Program-made: the position numbers and the translations under genes
Notes under the pieces: generated by a model
The model's database searches: none
Told to the model about the DNA's origin: nothing
The model's input: only the letters and a program-made list of their open reading frames with translations
Source: an uncultured Candidatus Saccharibacteria bacterium
GTDB taxonomy: Bacteria > Patescibacteriota > Doudnabacteria > UBA920
Direction of reading: 5' to 3'
DNA: 64,000 nt
Assembly (NCBI GenBank): GCA_964434195.1
Contig: CAYSUI010000004.1
Coordinates: 4,245 to 68,244, forward strand
Shown: positions 37,721-48,026 of the stretch, piece after piece
Layout: every line of letters starts with the position of its first letter
Numbering within the stretch: position 1 is the stretch's first letter

Positions 37721-38047
37721 TTACACCTTTTCCACAAGCCTATTTTGAAATTCCACTAACTTACCAAACAGATCCTTATGTATCATAACGTGTTCAGGAT
37801 GAACACCGTTACCAAATACAACCCCCTCCTCAGATTCAGGTAAGTTGCACCGAATCGATAGTATCGACTGCAACTCTCTAATACACTGCTTCTTTAGCTT
37901 ATCGGAAACTCCATTGTTGGGTGAATTACCAAACCTTTCCAAGACACCAAAGGCTTCCAATTGGCTATAAACCAAATAAACTTGATTACCAACGAGAACC
38001 ATACCCTGACCCTGACAAGAGCACTCATAGTATCTGAATTCCATCAA
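37721..38047 (-). CDS. Hypothetical protein (orphan)
   Basis: 108-aa ORF with AAGGAGG RBS, inserted on the opposite strand between two GT-C genes. Confidence 0.6.
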   Translation of the reverse strand: MMEFRYYECSCQGQGMVLVGNQVYLVYSQLEAFGVLERFGNSPNNGVSDKLKKQCIRELQSILSIRCNLPESEEGVVFGNGVHPEHVMIHKDLFGKLVEFQNRLVEKV

Positions 38048-38117
38048 AAACCTCCTTTTTAGCTTTAAGACCTAATTTAGAATCAAACAATAAATAATAA
38101 TACCACACACCCAAGAT

Positions 38118-39683
38118 ATGAAAAAACACTTAGGTATAATATCTACCCTAACTGTTGGTTTAATAATCAGACTCATAAACCTAACAGGAATAAGCTTATG
38201 GCACGACGAGGCCTTCTCAGCACTTCTAATTAAATACTCATTCCCTGAGATGATTTACAGGATCGGATTAGACGTTCACCCTCCGATGTATTATATCTTT
38301 CTTCGTTTTTGGAGCTATGCTTTCGGAGATTCTTTGGGGTCACTCAGAGGATTTTCTGTTTTTTTTGGAGTAGCTCTAATTTTAGTTGTTTACCTCTTAG
38401 TCAAAGAAATTTTTGAAGAAAAAAGGTACGCTATTTTAGCAAGTGCCTTAACAGCCTTAAATCCATTCCAAATCGCTTACGTAACTGAAGCCAGAATGTA
38501 TACAATGGGTGCCTTCTTTGGGGTACTTTCCGCGCTCTTCCTAGTAAAAGCCTTAAAGCTCGAAACACTAAGATCTAAAAACAAGGGTCTAGAAAAAAAC
38601 GCTGGCAGAAGAATTCTCTATTATTTATCCTTTTCTGCTTCTATTAGCATAATTATCTTAACTCACTACTACTTATTATTTACTGCACTCGCGCTTCTTG
38701 GTTACGCATTCCTTTATACCGCATACCTATACAGACTTAAAATAAAAAACTACGCTTCCCTACTCCTGAGCTATATCTTTATTGTTTTAGCTTTTTCAGC
38801 ATACATACCAACCTTCATGTATCAATTCAGACAAGTTGGAGCTGGCTACTGGATCCCTCCTATAGATAGGTGGAGCATACCCAGCACTCTTTGGACCCTT
38901 GTTGTCGGCATTGGAATAGATATTAATAAATCCAGAAGCCAAATATTAGTTAGTATAATTACAATTCTAGTAATTTGGCTGATTTTCAATTACCTTAGAA
39001 AATACAATCAACCAGAGAAATGGTTAATTCTACTTTCTTTCTTAGCCCCTTTTATTGGAAGTTTATTATTTGCCCTACTCGCATACCTCAAAGGTTCAAG
39101 TAGCTCCGTATATTTAGTTAGATATTTTCTATACTCTTCGCCATTTCTTATTATCATGATGGTCGGAGCAGTCTATAAATTAAAATTAGATAAAGTAAAA
39201 TACACAATCCTAACCCTCTACGCAATTCTCTGCCTCTTCAGCGTTTACCATTTCTGGAACGAAACCAAAGTAATAGAAAGACCCGGTATGTCCGCGGCAG
39301 CAAAATACCTTAAGGCCAATGCAACAAAAGAGGATGTAATAATCATCGGCTCTAGCTTTGAATTCTTTAATTACAAATATTATAATTCACGACCTAATCT
39401 CAATACCGGCCTAACCCCAAAACTATACAGCGGAGGCACAAGAGATATTCGCCAACTCCCTCATTTTGCAGGGACCGCAATTCTAACCAACGAGGATTTA
39501 CTTCCCGAATTCAGCAGCTTAACAAAAGGAAAGACGGTCTGGTTACTTTGGACAAACGGCTTCGGAGGAAGTAAACCAGAAACCCCAGCAAACTTTGCTC
39601 AAGTAAACGAAGAAATTCATTATCCTGATATAAAACCCTATTTAGGTACAAATATCTACATCACTCAATATAAAATAAAATAA
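38118..39683 (+). CDS. GT-C fold glycosyltransferase (PMT_2/GT39-like)
   Basis: SLWHDEAFS, DVHPPMYY, EARMY, THYY motifs. Confidence 0.88.
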   Translation: MKKHLGIISTLTVGLIIRLINLTGISLWHDEAFSALLIKYSFPEMIYRIGLDVHPPMYYIFLRFWSYAFGDSLGSLRGFSVFFGVALILVVYLLVKEIFEEKRYAILASALTALNPFQIAYVTEARMYTMGAFFGVLSALFLVKALKLETLRSKNKGLEKNAGRRILYYLSFSASISIIILTHYYLLFTALALLGYAFLYTAYLYRLKIKNYASLLLSYIFIVLAFSAYIPTFMYQFRQVGAGYWIPPIDRWSIPSTLWTLVVGIGIDINKSRSQILVSIITILVIWLIFNYLRKYNQPEKWLILLSFLAPFIGSLLFALLAYLKGSSSSVYLVRYFLYSSPFLIIMMVGAVYKLKLDKVKYTILTLYAILCLFSVYHFWNETKVIERPGMSAAAKYLKANATKEDVIIIGSSFEFFNYKYYNSRPNLNTGLTPKLYSGGTRDIRQLPHFAGTAILTNEDLLPEFSSLTKGKTVWLLWTNGFGGSKPETPANFAQVNEEIHYPDIKPYLGTNIYITQYKIK

Positions 39684-39695
39684 CCCCGTAAGGGG

Positions 39696-40379
39696 TTATT
39701 TTATAACTGTACCTTTATATTTTTTTCCAAGAATTATATTAGATAAATTCTTTAAATCATTACCGTTAGCAATAATTACATTTAAACTATTTTTACTAGC
39801 AAACTGAGAAGCTATAGGATCGAATGGTACATGAGCACCTGGTATCCATTTATTGCCTACTAATTTTATATAATCTTTCCAAGTAATCTCTTTAATTAGG
39901 TTTGCATCGGAATGCATATTGGGATCTTTATCATACAAATAGTCAATATTACTCAAATTAACTATATAATCTGAACCATACATCTTAGCAAGCCTTACAG
40001 CATCATCATCACTACTTCTCCCTGGCATCCAACCACCTGCTATTAAAAATTTCTCTTTGAAATTTATTTTCTTGTTTGGATCTATCACAATACTTGAATG
40101 AGCCTCAGCCCCTAAACTCAATCTTAAATACTCAGCATTTAACCTAGTAGCATAAATACCCATCCAATCCAAATAACTAGGATTAGTTATTCTTAATTTT
40201 CTTAATGAATGTTGGTATTGCCTACAAACTACACCTCCTCCGGTAATAATAACAAACCGGTTCCCCTGTTTTGCCTGCCTTTTTAAAAAAATCAATAACT
40301 TCTTTACAAATTCTGTATTTGGACCATTATCGCCTGAAAACAATGACCCACCAAGTGACAAAACAAATAATTTGTTCAT
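39696..40379 (-). CDS. pyrH: UMP kinase, archaeal-type
   Basis: SLGGS, TGGG..CRQYQ, DWMGIYATRLNA, GGWMPGRSSD, YDKDP. Confidence 0.92.
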   Translation of the reverse strand: MNKLFVLSLGGSLFSGDNGPNTEFVKKLLIFLKRQAKQGNRFVIITGGGVVCRQYQHSLRKLRITNPSYLDWMGIYATRLNAEYLRLSLGAEAHSSIVIDPNKKINFKEKFLIAGGWMPGRSSDDDAVRLAKMYGSDYIVNLSNIDYLYDKDPNMHSDANLIKEITWKDYIKLVGNKWIPGAHVPFDPIASQFASKNSLNVIIANGNDLKNLSNIILGKKYKGTVIK

Positions 40380-40394
40380 ATTAATGCTAACTTA

Positions 40395-41522
40395 TTAATT
40401 TTCTCCTCTTACTTTCGTTTGGAGATGAGGGGGAAGACTATCTAAATTTTCGTTTATCTCACTTCCAGGTAAAGTCGGCACCTTTGGAGCCTCAACCTGA
40501 GCGCAGATAGACGTTAAATCACACAAAAATGCCCTATTCTCATATCGCATATCAATATAATAGAGCTGCTTGCGCTTGTCGAGAGGGCGTTTGTCTATAA
40601 CCAATTCCGCTCTTGCCATTATCTCAGGCAAGTTTGTTTTAGTATCAAGATAAATTTTAAACCCACCAGGGATCTTACTAGGATCAGAATCAACCCAGCG
40701 CGTATAAACAACAACCTCACCCGGCCCCAAATCTTCATTAATTAAAATAACTCTTGGGTCAGCACCAGTCGTCAATTCATCTTGAGATTTTGAATTAACC
40801 CCTTTAACCAAAAAATCAAAACTATTCCCAGACGGCGGGAAGTAAAGATTTTTTATCTTATTAATATTTTCAAATTCTGCATACTCAATGTCAGGCTTAC
40901 CTTCTTTTTCCGCCCCTTGCCACCATATCCTAATCTCAGAACCTGTATTCTCAAAAAAACTAGCCGGGTTCTCTGATAATTTTTTATAAAACTGTGAGTC
41001 ATCAAAATAAATATAAGTACCGGTTTTATTACCGACTAAAAATTTAGATTTACGAAAATCCGCATTAATTACCAACGTACGCGGAAAAACTTTTTTTAAC
41101 TCAACATTATTACGAACTTCTATTATATTTTCTAATAAAACTTTTCTTAAATCTTTCTTCCCTAAAACTAATAAATTACTCCGAGGAACACCTAAGTAAC
41201 CTCTTCCCTCTAAAAATTTCTGAACCTCAACTTTCACCCGCTCTCTCTCTGGTTCACTCCCTCCATTTATTTCAATTTTATCTATAGAAAAAAACGTTGA
41301 AAAATATAATAAATATAATGCAAAACAAGCTATAGCAAACAAAATAAAAATAGATACAAAACCAATAATTCCTATTTTTTGAACATACCTAAAAAAAGGT
41401 TTATCAGAAAGAACCCTGGTTTTCCTCTTATATCCCCTAGCCTCTATTAATTTCCCTGTAAATTCCCTAGTTTGGTATCTAACTTTAGTGTCTTTAACGT
41501 TTTTAGCTCTTAACAAATTCAT
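40395..41522 (-). CDS. FtsQ/DivIB-like cell division protein (POTRA)
   Basis: Basic N-tail, single TM, FSIDKIEING, KKVFPRTLVI and C-terminal YYIDMRY; downstream of murF; exact start uncertain. Confidence 0.65.
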   Translation of the reverse strand: MNLLRAKNVKDTKVRYQTREFTGKLIEARGYKRKTRVLSDKPFFRYVQKIGIIGFVSIFILFAIACFALYLLYFSTFFSIDKIEINGGSEPERERVKVEVQKFLEGRGYLGVPRSNLLVLGKKDLRKVLLENIIEVRNNVELKKVFPRTLVINADFRKSKFLVGNKTGTYIYFDDSQFYKKLSENPASFFENTGSEIRIWWQGAEKEGKPDIEYAEFENINKIKNLYFPPSGNSFDFLVKGVNSKSQDELTTGADPRVILINEDLGPGEVVVYTRWVDSDPSKIPGGFKIYLDTKTNLPEIMARAELVIDKRPLDKRKQLYYIDMRYENRAFLCDLTSICAQVEAPKVPTLPGSEINENLDSLPPHLQTKVRGEN

Positions 41523-41533
41523 AACCCCTCCAA

Positions 41534-42796
41534 TTAATTCCTTAACCACTTCCCATACTGCCTACATAAAACATCACTCGCCACCACTTCGTCGGACAAC
41601 AATTCCTTAGAAATTTTCTCCATTCTCATTCCCTGAGAACCTTTAACCAAAATGATATCCTGCGCTGTTATTTCTTCTTGAAGAAAATAAATTGCACTGA
41701 AAATATCCCTGTATATCCTTACTTTCTCTTGTGGAAACCCTTTCTCCATTGCCCCCTGCGCAATAAGCTTTGCTCTTTCACCCACAGTGACCAGTATGTC
41801 TACATTTCCACCAATACTCATATGCCCAATTTCTTTATGCTTATCATCCGATATACTACCAAGCTCTAACATATCTCCCAGCACAGCAATCCTCCTTCTT
41901 GGAGAAAAACTAGATAACAGCTCTAACGCGGCTCTAACTGATACAGGGGAAGCATTATAGCTATCGTCTAACAACACAGAACCATTTTTGCCAGGTAGAG
42001 GATTCATCCTCCCGACTTCTGGGGTGTAATCCAATAGACTATCCTGAAGCGCAGACACGCTAATACCGCAAATCAACCCTACAGCCGCTGCTGCAGTAGT
42101 TGCTAATATATGCGCTTCTCCTATAGAAGGTATTTGTACAGAGAATTCATTATCGGCATATCCATACACAATAACTGTATGAACCTCTGGCTCAAGTACG
42201 GTTTTACTCGCCAAAACCCTAATATCGGCCAAAACAGCACGTCCATACGAGTATACTTTTGCCTTAGTTTTATTCTTCTGTCTACTGGCAATTAAATTAT
42301 CGGCATTGACAATTAAAACACCCTCACTACTCAAAGCCTCCGCAAGCTTACCCTTCTCAGTTTCTATACCTGTTGGACTCTCAAATTGCGCATAATGATT
42401 TTCGGCAATACTAGTAATAACCCCTATGTCAGGCTTAACAATATCCAATAAATTATCCATATCTCCCGGTTTATCTATTCCCATTTCTAAAACCAAAACT
42501 TTAGGAAAATCTACCGGGTATAGCCAAACAAATAGTCCTTTTAATAAAACAAATAACCAACCAAAAACATTTTTACCCTTAGGGTCCTCCCCTATTATAG
42601 TTAATGGTAAACCTAATTCATTATTGTAATTCTTATTACTCGAGCGCACACTCATACTAGAAGAGAGCACCAGTGAAATTGCTTTCCTGGCGCTTGTCTT
42701 ACCTACACTACCCGTTATTCCTACAACAATTGGTTTGTATTTTATTATTATCTTTTTGGCTATAAAAGATAGTAAATATTGTAATATTTGTTTCAT
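41534..42796 (-). CDS. murF: UDP-N-acetylmuramoyl-tripeptide--D-Ala-D-Ala ligase
   Basis: GITGSVGKTS, NNELGLPLT, DDSYNASP, LGDMLELG, LVKGSQGMRME. Confidence 0.95.
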   Translation of the reverse strand: MKQILQYLLSFIAKKIIIKYKPIVVGITGSVGKTSARKAISLVLSSSMSVRSSNKNYNNELGLPLTIIGEDPKGKNVFGWLFVLLKGLFVWLYPVDFPKVLVLEMGIDKPGDMDNLLDIVKPDIGVITSIAENHYAQFESPTGIETEKGKLAEALSSEGVLIVNADNLIASRQKNKTKAKVYSYGRAVLADIRVLASKTVLEPEVHTVIVYGYADNEFSVQIPSIGEAHILATTAAAAVGLICGISVSALQDSLLDYTPEVGRMNPLPGKNGSVLLDDSYNASPVSVRAALELLSSFSPRRRIAVLGDMLELGSISDDKHKEIGHMSIGGNVDILVTVGERAKLIAQGAMEKGFPQEKVRIYRDIFSAIYFLQEEITAQDIILVKGSQGMRMEKISKELLSDEVVASDVLCRQYGKWLRN

Positions 42797-42814
42797 TTAA
42801 TCTCTTACTATTAT

Positions 42815-42858
42815 AGCTCGATTGCAAATTTTGATTGCAGATTAGTCGATTTTCGAGC
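42815..42858 (+). repeat. Dispersed rod-hairpin family, copy C (5' arm only)
   Basis: AGCTCGATTGCAAATTTTGATTGCAGATTAGTCGATTTTCGAG matches the 5' arms of copies A and D. Confidence 0.65.
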
Positions 42859-42893
42859 ACTTCGACGGAAGGACTCCCTGAATAGACATGCTA

Positions 42894-44249
42894 CTAATTT
42901 TTTGGTTTTATTACTTCGAATCCTGTCCATTTTCTAAGTACTTCGGGTACTATTACACTACCATCTTGTTGTTGATACGTTTCTAAAATTGGAATTAATA
43001 TTCTAGGACTAGCAACTGCTGTGTTATTAAGCGTATAAACATATCGTATTTTTCCTGAAGAATCCTTATATCGAATACCTAAACGTCTACTTTGCCAATC
43101 TGTTAAACTGCTATCACTATGCGTTTCACCATAACTTGCCCTAGAAGGCATCCAAGTCTCTATGTCATACATTTTATACTTTCCAGCACCCATATCTCCT
43201 GTGCACACATGTATTACACGATAAGGAAGTTTTAAATCCTGTAATATCTCTTCTGCAACCTCTCGTAAATTTTCCAACCACTGATCAGCCTCATTAATGT
43301 CTGCCTTACACAAAACAACCTGTTCAACTTTCTGGAATTCATGAATTCTGTAAATACCCCTTGTATCCTTACCATAACTCCCTACCTCGCTCCTAAAACA
43401 AGACGAAACACCCGCAAGTTTAATTGGCAAATCTTTTTCTTCTAGCACTTGATCCTGATAATACGCAAGTAAACTGGGCTCACTTGTCCCTGCTAAAAAA
43501 GTAGGCTCCTCTTCAGAAAACTTTCCATTCTTCACTGAGCCACTACTAGCTACCTGATAAATCTCATCTCTACCTGTTGGAAAATGTCCACTACCTAACA
43601 ATGCCGATTCTCTCACTAAAACAGGTGGCACCATCAAAGTGAACTCTCTCTTTCTCAATTTTTCCAATGCCAAACTTACCAATGCTTGCTGAATTAAGAC
43701 AGCCTCGTTTTTTAAATAATACCCCCTAAATCCAGATGTTTTTACACCAGCTTCAGTATCTATAATATCCAAACTCTTACCCAATTCCACATGGTCCTTT
43801 ATTGGGAAATTATATACAGAAGGTACTTTTGCAACATTTTCAGTATCTTTAGGATCTACAACCCCAAGAGGAGGTGACCAGTACTTCCATGGAATATTCT
43901 CTGCATCGCTTTTCCCAACTGGGGTTTCAGGAGCGGGAATATTTGGCACTAAATACATCAGATATTCAAACCTTTCAGTAACTGTTCTAAGTTTTTCTTT
44001 TAGCTCACTCTGCCTAAAGTCTACCTCTTTCATCTCAAGCAGCTTTACCTTCTTTTCCTCCGCAGACAAATTAGGTAACTCTTTAGAAACATTATTTTTT
44101 GTAGCTGCTAATTCTTCAACTTCTACTAGCAAAGTCCTTCTTTCAGAGTCTACATCCAATAATTCATCCAAACTCAAATCAACTCTTTTGTCGATTATTG
44201 CTTTCTTAACCTTCTCAACATTTTCACGAATATATTTTATATCAAGCAT
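42894..44249 (-). CDS. serS: Serine--tRNA ligase
   Basis: MLDIKYIREN, GTSE, CFRSEVGSYGKDTRG..RIHEFQKVE, TLNNTA. Confidence 0.98.
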   Translation of the reverse strand: MLDIKYIRENVEKVKKAIIDKRVDLSLDELLDVDSERRTLLVEVEELAATKNNVSKELPNLSAEEKKVKLLEMKEVDFRQSELKEKLRTVTERFEYLMYLVPNIPAPETPVGKSDAENIPWKYWSPPLGVVDPKDTENVAKVPSVYNFPIKDHVELGKSLDIIDTEAGVKTSGFRGYYLKNEAVLIQQALVSLALEKLRKREFTLMVPPVLVRESALLGSGHFPTGRDEIYQVASSGSVKNGKFSEEEPTFLAGTSEPSLLAYYQDQVLEEKDLPIKLAGVSSCFRSEVGSYGKDTRGIYRIHEFQKVEQVVLCKADINEADQWLENLREVAEEILQDLKLPYRVIHVCTGDMGAGKYKMYDIETWMPSRASYGETHSDSSLTDWQSRRLGIRYKDSSGKIRYVYTLNNTAVASPRILIPILETYQQQDGSVIVPEVLRKWTGFEVIKPKN

Positions 44250-44263
44250 ATTTTTATAGGTAA

Positions 44264-46168
44264 TTAAGAATATAAAGAGAATCCAGAAGTTATCTCTGAA
44301 ACCTTTTTCTTAGATCCAAAAACTAAAACTCCTAATAATTCTATATCTTTAAATTCCTTTGTGTTTATTTCTTTCATTACTTTTTTATCATCGCTGGAAT
44401 TTATCATTTCTCTAGTAAAAACTTCTGTATGCAATTTTAATTCAACTGCTTTTTCCAATAACTCACCAAGCTCACCTCCCGAATTAGCGCTCTTTATCAT
44501 AATTGCATGACTAGTATTCATTTTTACATCTTTTCCGTCCTTAGAGTGGGTAGAGTCAGAATAAAACAATTTCTTACCCATTCTTGCCCCGTAGGCAGCA
44601 TTTAAATGTGCGACCGTATTTAACTCTTGCCATTTTTCTAAATTGGATGAATTATTAACCACCACTACAGCCAAAGAAGTTTCTTTCTCATTTTTTTGAA
44701 CACTTCCAGAATCTTCCTCTTTCATCAAAGGAAAAATCTGTGTTTCTCTTACAGATTTGTCCATGAGCAAAGCAAACAATCTCTCACTTACACCAAATCC
44801 GGCTGCTGGTGGCATACCGTATTCCATAGCTTCTACATAACCCTCATCAAACATCTGAGCTTCACTATCACCAGCTTCTCTTAACTTAGCTTGTTCAGCA
44901 AATCTCTGTCTCTGGTCTATTGGATCATTTAATTCCCCAAATCCTTTACCCAATTCAGTACCATAGGCAACAACCTGTGCCCTCAAAACAAGCTTTGGAT
45001 TCTTTGGGTCCTTCTTAGCCAAAGGCTCTAGCTCAATAGGTTGATCTATCAAGAAAAATGGCTTGTCTCCAGGAATTTGTTTTCTAAATTTTTTAAAAAT
45101 TACATCTATAAGCCTGCCTCTCTGAGCAAAATCTTCATACAGAATTGAATTTGAATCTGCATAACCTTTTAAATCTTCATCTGAACAACTAAGCAAATCC
45201 AAGCCAGTATATTCTTTGAATACCTGTACATAACTAACCCTAGGCCACTCTCCACTCCAGTCCACAGTTTTCCCTCTAGAGGTTATTATCAGCGTCCCAA
45301 AGGTCTCTTTTATTACGTACTGATACATTTCCTGCCAAAATTTCAAAAGCCCTTCAAAGTCCCCATATGCCCAGTAAAACTCCATTTGCGTGTAATCTTG
45401 CAAATGCTCGGTAGAGATACCTTCATTTCTAAAAATTCTCCCTATTTCAAATACTTTCTCGTACCCTGCCACTAACATTTTCTTCAAAGGCAATTCAAGT
45501 GAAATTCGTAAATAAAAATCACGATCAAGTGCATTGTGGTGCGTGATGAATGGGTCCGCTTCTGCACCTCCAGGTATACCTTCTAAAATTGGCATCTCTA
45601 CTTCCAAAAACCCTCTTTGTTCTAAAAAAGTTCTAAATGCTTGCCAAAATTTATTCTTCTTAACGAATATCTCTTTAACCTCAGGATCAAGTAAAATATC
45701 CAGATATCTTTTTCTTAGTTTTAGTTCGGTATCCTCAATCCCAAAATGCTCGCTCGGCAAAGGCAATATAGCTTTTGCTAGCATACGGAAAGCTGTAACT
45801 TGCAAAGTCTTTTCACCAGTTTTAGTTAGAAACAACTTACCAGTAAATTCAGCAAAGTCACCTATATCAAAATGCTTTTTGAAAAATCTTAATTCATCAA
45901 TACCAACAAACTCATCCTTAAGCAAAACCTGAATTCGAGCAGTCCCGTCTTCGACATGTGCAAAAAAGATCTTTCCCATATCACGCTCAGATCTAATTCT
46001 GCCAACTATAATAATTTCTGCTTCTGTAAGCTCAGAAAATCTTTCTAAAACTTCTTTATTACTGTGTGTTCTATTAACCGAAGAAGGATATGCGTATATA
46101 CCCTGCGTTTCCAGGTCGGCAATTTTATCTTTTCGTATTTGAACAATGTCTTGCAGTCTGTCTTGCAT
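44264..46168 (-). CDS. lysS: Lysine--tRNA ligase (class II) fused to a C-terminal DUF2000-like domain
   Basis: LRKRYLD, YLRISLEL, GRIFRNEG, YGMPPAAGFG, IFPLMK, then an extra ~140 aa (WQELNTVAHL...LLGVLVFGSKKKVSEIT). Confidence 0.95.
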   Translation of the reverse strand: MQDRLQDIVQIRKDKIADLETQGIYAYPSSVNRTHSNKEVLERFSELTEAEIIIVGRIRSERDMGKIFFAHVEDGTARIQVLLKDEFVGIDELRFFKKHFDIGDFAEFTGKLFLTKTGEKTLQVTAFRMLAKAILPLPSEHFGIEDTELKLRKRYLDILLDPEVKEIFVKKNKFWQAFRTFLEQRGFLEVEMPILEGIPGGAEADPFITHHNALDRDFYLRISLELPLKKMLVAGYEKVFEIGRIFRNEGISTEHLQDYTQMEFYWAYGDFEGLLKFWQEMYQYVIKETFGTLIITSRGKTVDWSGEWPRVSYVQVFKEYTGLDLLSCSDEDLKGYADSNSILYEDFAQRGRLIDVIFKKFRKQIPGDKPFFLIDQPIELEPLAKKDPKNPKLVLRAQVVAYGTELGKGFGELNDPIDQRQRFAEQAKLREAGDSEAQMFDEGYVEAMEYGMPPAAGFGVSERLFALLMDKSVRETQIFPLMKEEDSGSVQKNEKETSLAVVVVNNSSNLEKWQELNTVAHLNAAYGARMGKKLFYSDSTHSKDGKDVKMNTSHAIMIKSANSGGELGELLEKAVELKLHTEVFTREMINSSDDKKVMKEINTKEFKDIELLGVLVFGSKKKVSEITSGFSLYS

Positions 46169-46288
46169 AAAAAAATTATAAATATTTCATTTATTTTAAC
46201 AGATAATCCACAGTATTGACAAAAATAAAAAAATTCAGTGAAATAAAAAATCTTTTTGTCAAACCCATAACCCTAACAGGAGGTTAGA

Positions 46289-47083
46289 ATGCCAACTATT
46301 GTATTCATTGCAATGCTAATTGCTTTGGTAATTTTGCATGAGCTCGAACATGCAAAAGAAATGCGTAAAAGGGGAGTGGAAATTCAAAGCGCAGGCTTTG
46401 AAATACCCATAATCACACTTTTCACAATACATAAACCCTGGTTCTTCTCGGGAATCCCTTTCAAATTTAGCCCTTTTCCCTACCTTGCGTACGTCTTACC
46501 CAGTGAAAAGGGAATCGAGACAATTAAAAAACTCCCCTACCGTGATATGGCAATGATCTACGGCGCAGGCCCATGGGGAAGTTTTTTCTACCCATTACCG
46601 ATCCTAATGGTTATTTCCATTTTCCAGCAAGAATTTATGATGGCGCTATTATATGCTGCGCTAATACCCGCTCTCTGGTTCGGCAAAAACATATTTTGCA
46701 AATACGGCGTACTGATAATAGGATCAATCTTCACCGTTCTATTTGCGGTGTATATCTACAAAACCGGTTTAAGCAATCTAGTTTCTGCTGACGCAGGCCA
46801 CAGTACGCCTGCAAACATAAACAGAGCAACGGAAAAAATGACAGTGATAACAGCCATTGCAGGTGCATGCGATGCATCATTTTGTCTGGCTGCACTTAAC
46901 TGCATCCTATCAATACCACTCGACGGTGGGAGAGTTTTCAAGGCCTTCTTACATGCAATAAATAGCCCTAAATGGATAACGGTAACACTAAGCACTATCC
47001 CCGCTTTTCTGATTATTTCATTTTTATTAATGAACATAGGCTCAGACCTAATTGGAACAATTAAATGGTTTATGAGCCGCTAA
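46289..47083 (+). CDS. Site-2 protease (M50) family protein without PDZ
   Basis: LHELEH (HExxH) and NCILSIPLDGG; AGGAGG RBS, upstream TTGACA and a terminator at 47086-47113. Confidence 0.8.
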   Translation: MPTIVFIAMLIALVILHELEHAKEMRKRGVEIQSAGFEIPIITLFTIHKPWFFSGIPFKFSPFPYLAYVLPSEKGIETIKKLPYRDMAMIYGAGPWGSFFYPLPILMVISIFQQEFMMALLYAALIPALWFGKNIFCKYGVLIIGSIFTVLFAVYIYKTGLSNLVSADAGHSTPANINRATEKMTVITAIAGACDASFCLAALNCILSIPLDGGRVFKAFLHAINSPKWITVTLSTIPAFLIISFLLMNIGSDLIGTIKWFMSR

Positions 47084-47348
47084 ACCAAACGTGTCTTATC
47101 AACACGTTTTTTTATTTCAAAGCACAATTGACACGAAAAGCGGTAATAAAGTAAATCCTAAAACTAAGCGGGTGAAGCCATCACAAAATAACCGGAAGAG
47201 AAAAATTCGGATTAATCTCATAGCGAGCACAAAAAATGAATGCCAATTAGGTCTTACAAGTAGCAAGCTACCCGGAAAACTCGGTCAACACCTTTCAGTA
47301 AACAAATTCAATAAAACGCACCACTCGAAAGTGATGCGTCTTCATTTT

Positions 47349-47810
47349 CTAAGCTATTTCTACTATCTCATACTCCATAGGACCAGCTGGTGCTTGAACT
47401 GTAAATTTATCTCCGAGTTTTTTCCCTAAAAGAGACTTCCCTACCAAAGACTCATTAGAAATTTTACCTTCTCCAGGATTAGCTTCATTACTTCCAACGA
47501 TACTATAAGTTCTTTTTTGATCGTTTACCTTTACAGTTACGGTTGAACCTATCGTTACGGTATTGTGCTGAGTAGCAGCTGTAATTATTTCAGCATTCTT
47601 AATCATCTCCTCTATCTCTTGAATCCTACCTTCTATAAAAGATTGCTCTTCTCTCGCTTGTGCATAATCAGCATTTTCAGACAAATCACCATGAGCCGCT
47701 GCCTCTCTAATTCTTTCTATGACTTCTTTACGTTTCTCATTTATAAGAAACTTCAACTCTTCATTTAATTTTGCCAGACCCTCATGGGTCAATAAATACT
47801 TTTTGCTCAT
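47349..47810 (-). CDS. greA: Transcription elongation factor GreA
   Basis: HGDLSENADY, IVGSNEANP..GKISNES. Confidence 0.97.
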   Translation of the reverse strand: MSKKYLLTHEGLAKLNEELKFLINEKRKEVIERIREAAAHGDLSENADYAQAREEQSFIEGRIQEIEEMIKNAEIITAATQHNTVTIGSTVTVKVNDQKRTYSIVGSNEANPGEGKISNESLVGKSLLGKKLGDKFTVQAPAGPMEYEIVEIA

Positions 47811-47883
47811 TTATAATATTGAAAAATAATGCCCTAACTATACCAAAAACCCTTGTCCAAGTCAATGTTCTTTTCTTAATTTG

Positions 47884-48008
47884 GCTCGATTCCAAATTTT
47901 AAGAGCAGTTTCACCGATTTTCGAGTACGACCCTGGGGTGTCTATGATTAGGACCATTAAGGGACGCGCAAAGAAAATCGCTGAAAATGCGCCAAAATAT
48001 TCAACCCC
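47884..48008 (+). repeat. Dispersed rod-hairpin family, copy D
   Basis: GCTCGATTCCAAATTTT...CGATTTTCGAGTACG / GAAAATCG..GAAAATGCGCCAAAATAT. Confidence 0.7.
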
Positions 48009-48026
48009 TCACTTTACAAATTAATC

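Noticed and set aside
47091-47429. 112-aa ORF
   Set aside because: It begins inside a terminator hairpin, overlaps greA antisense and has no RBS.
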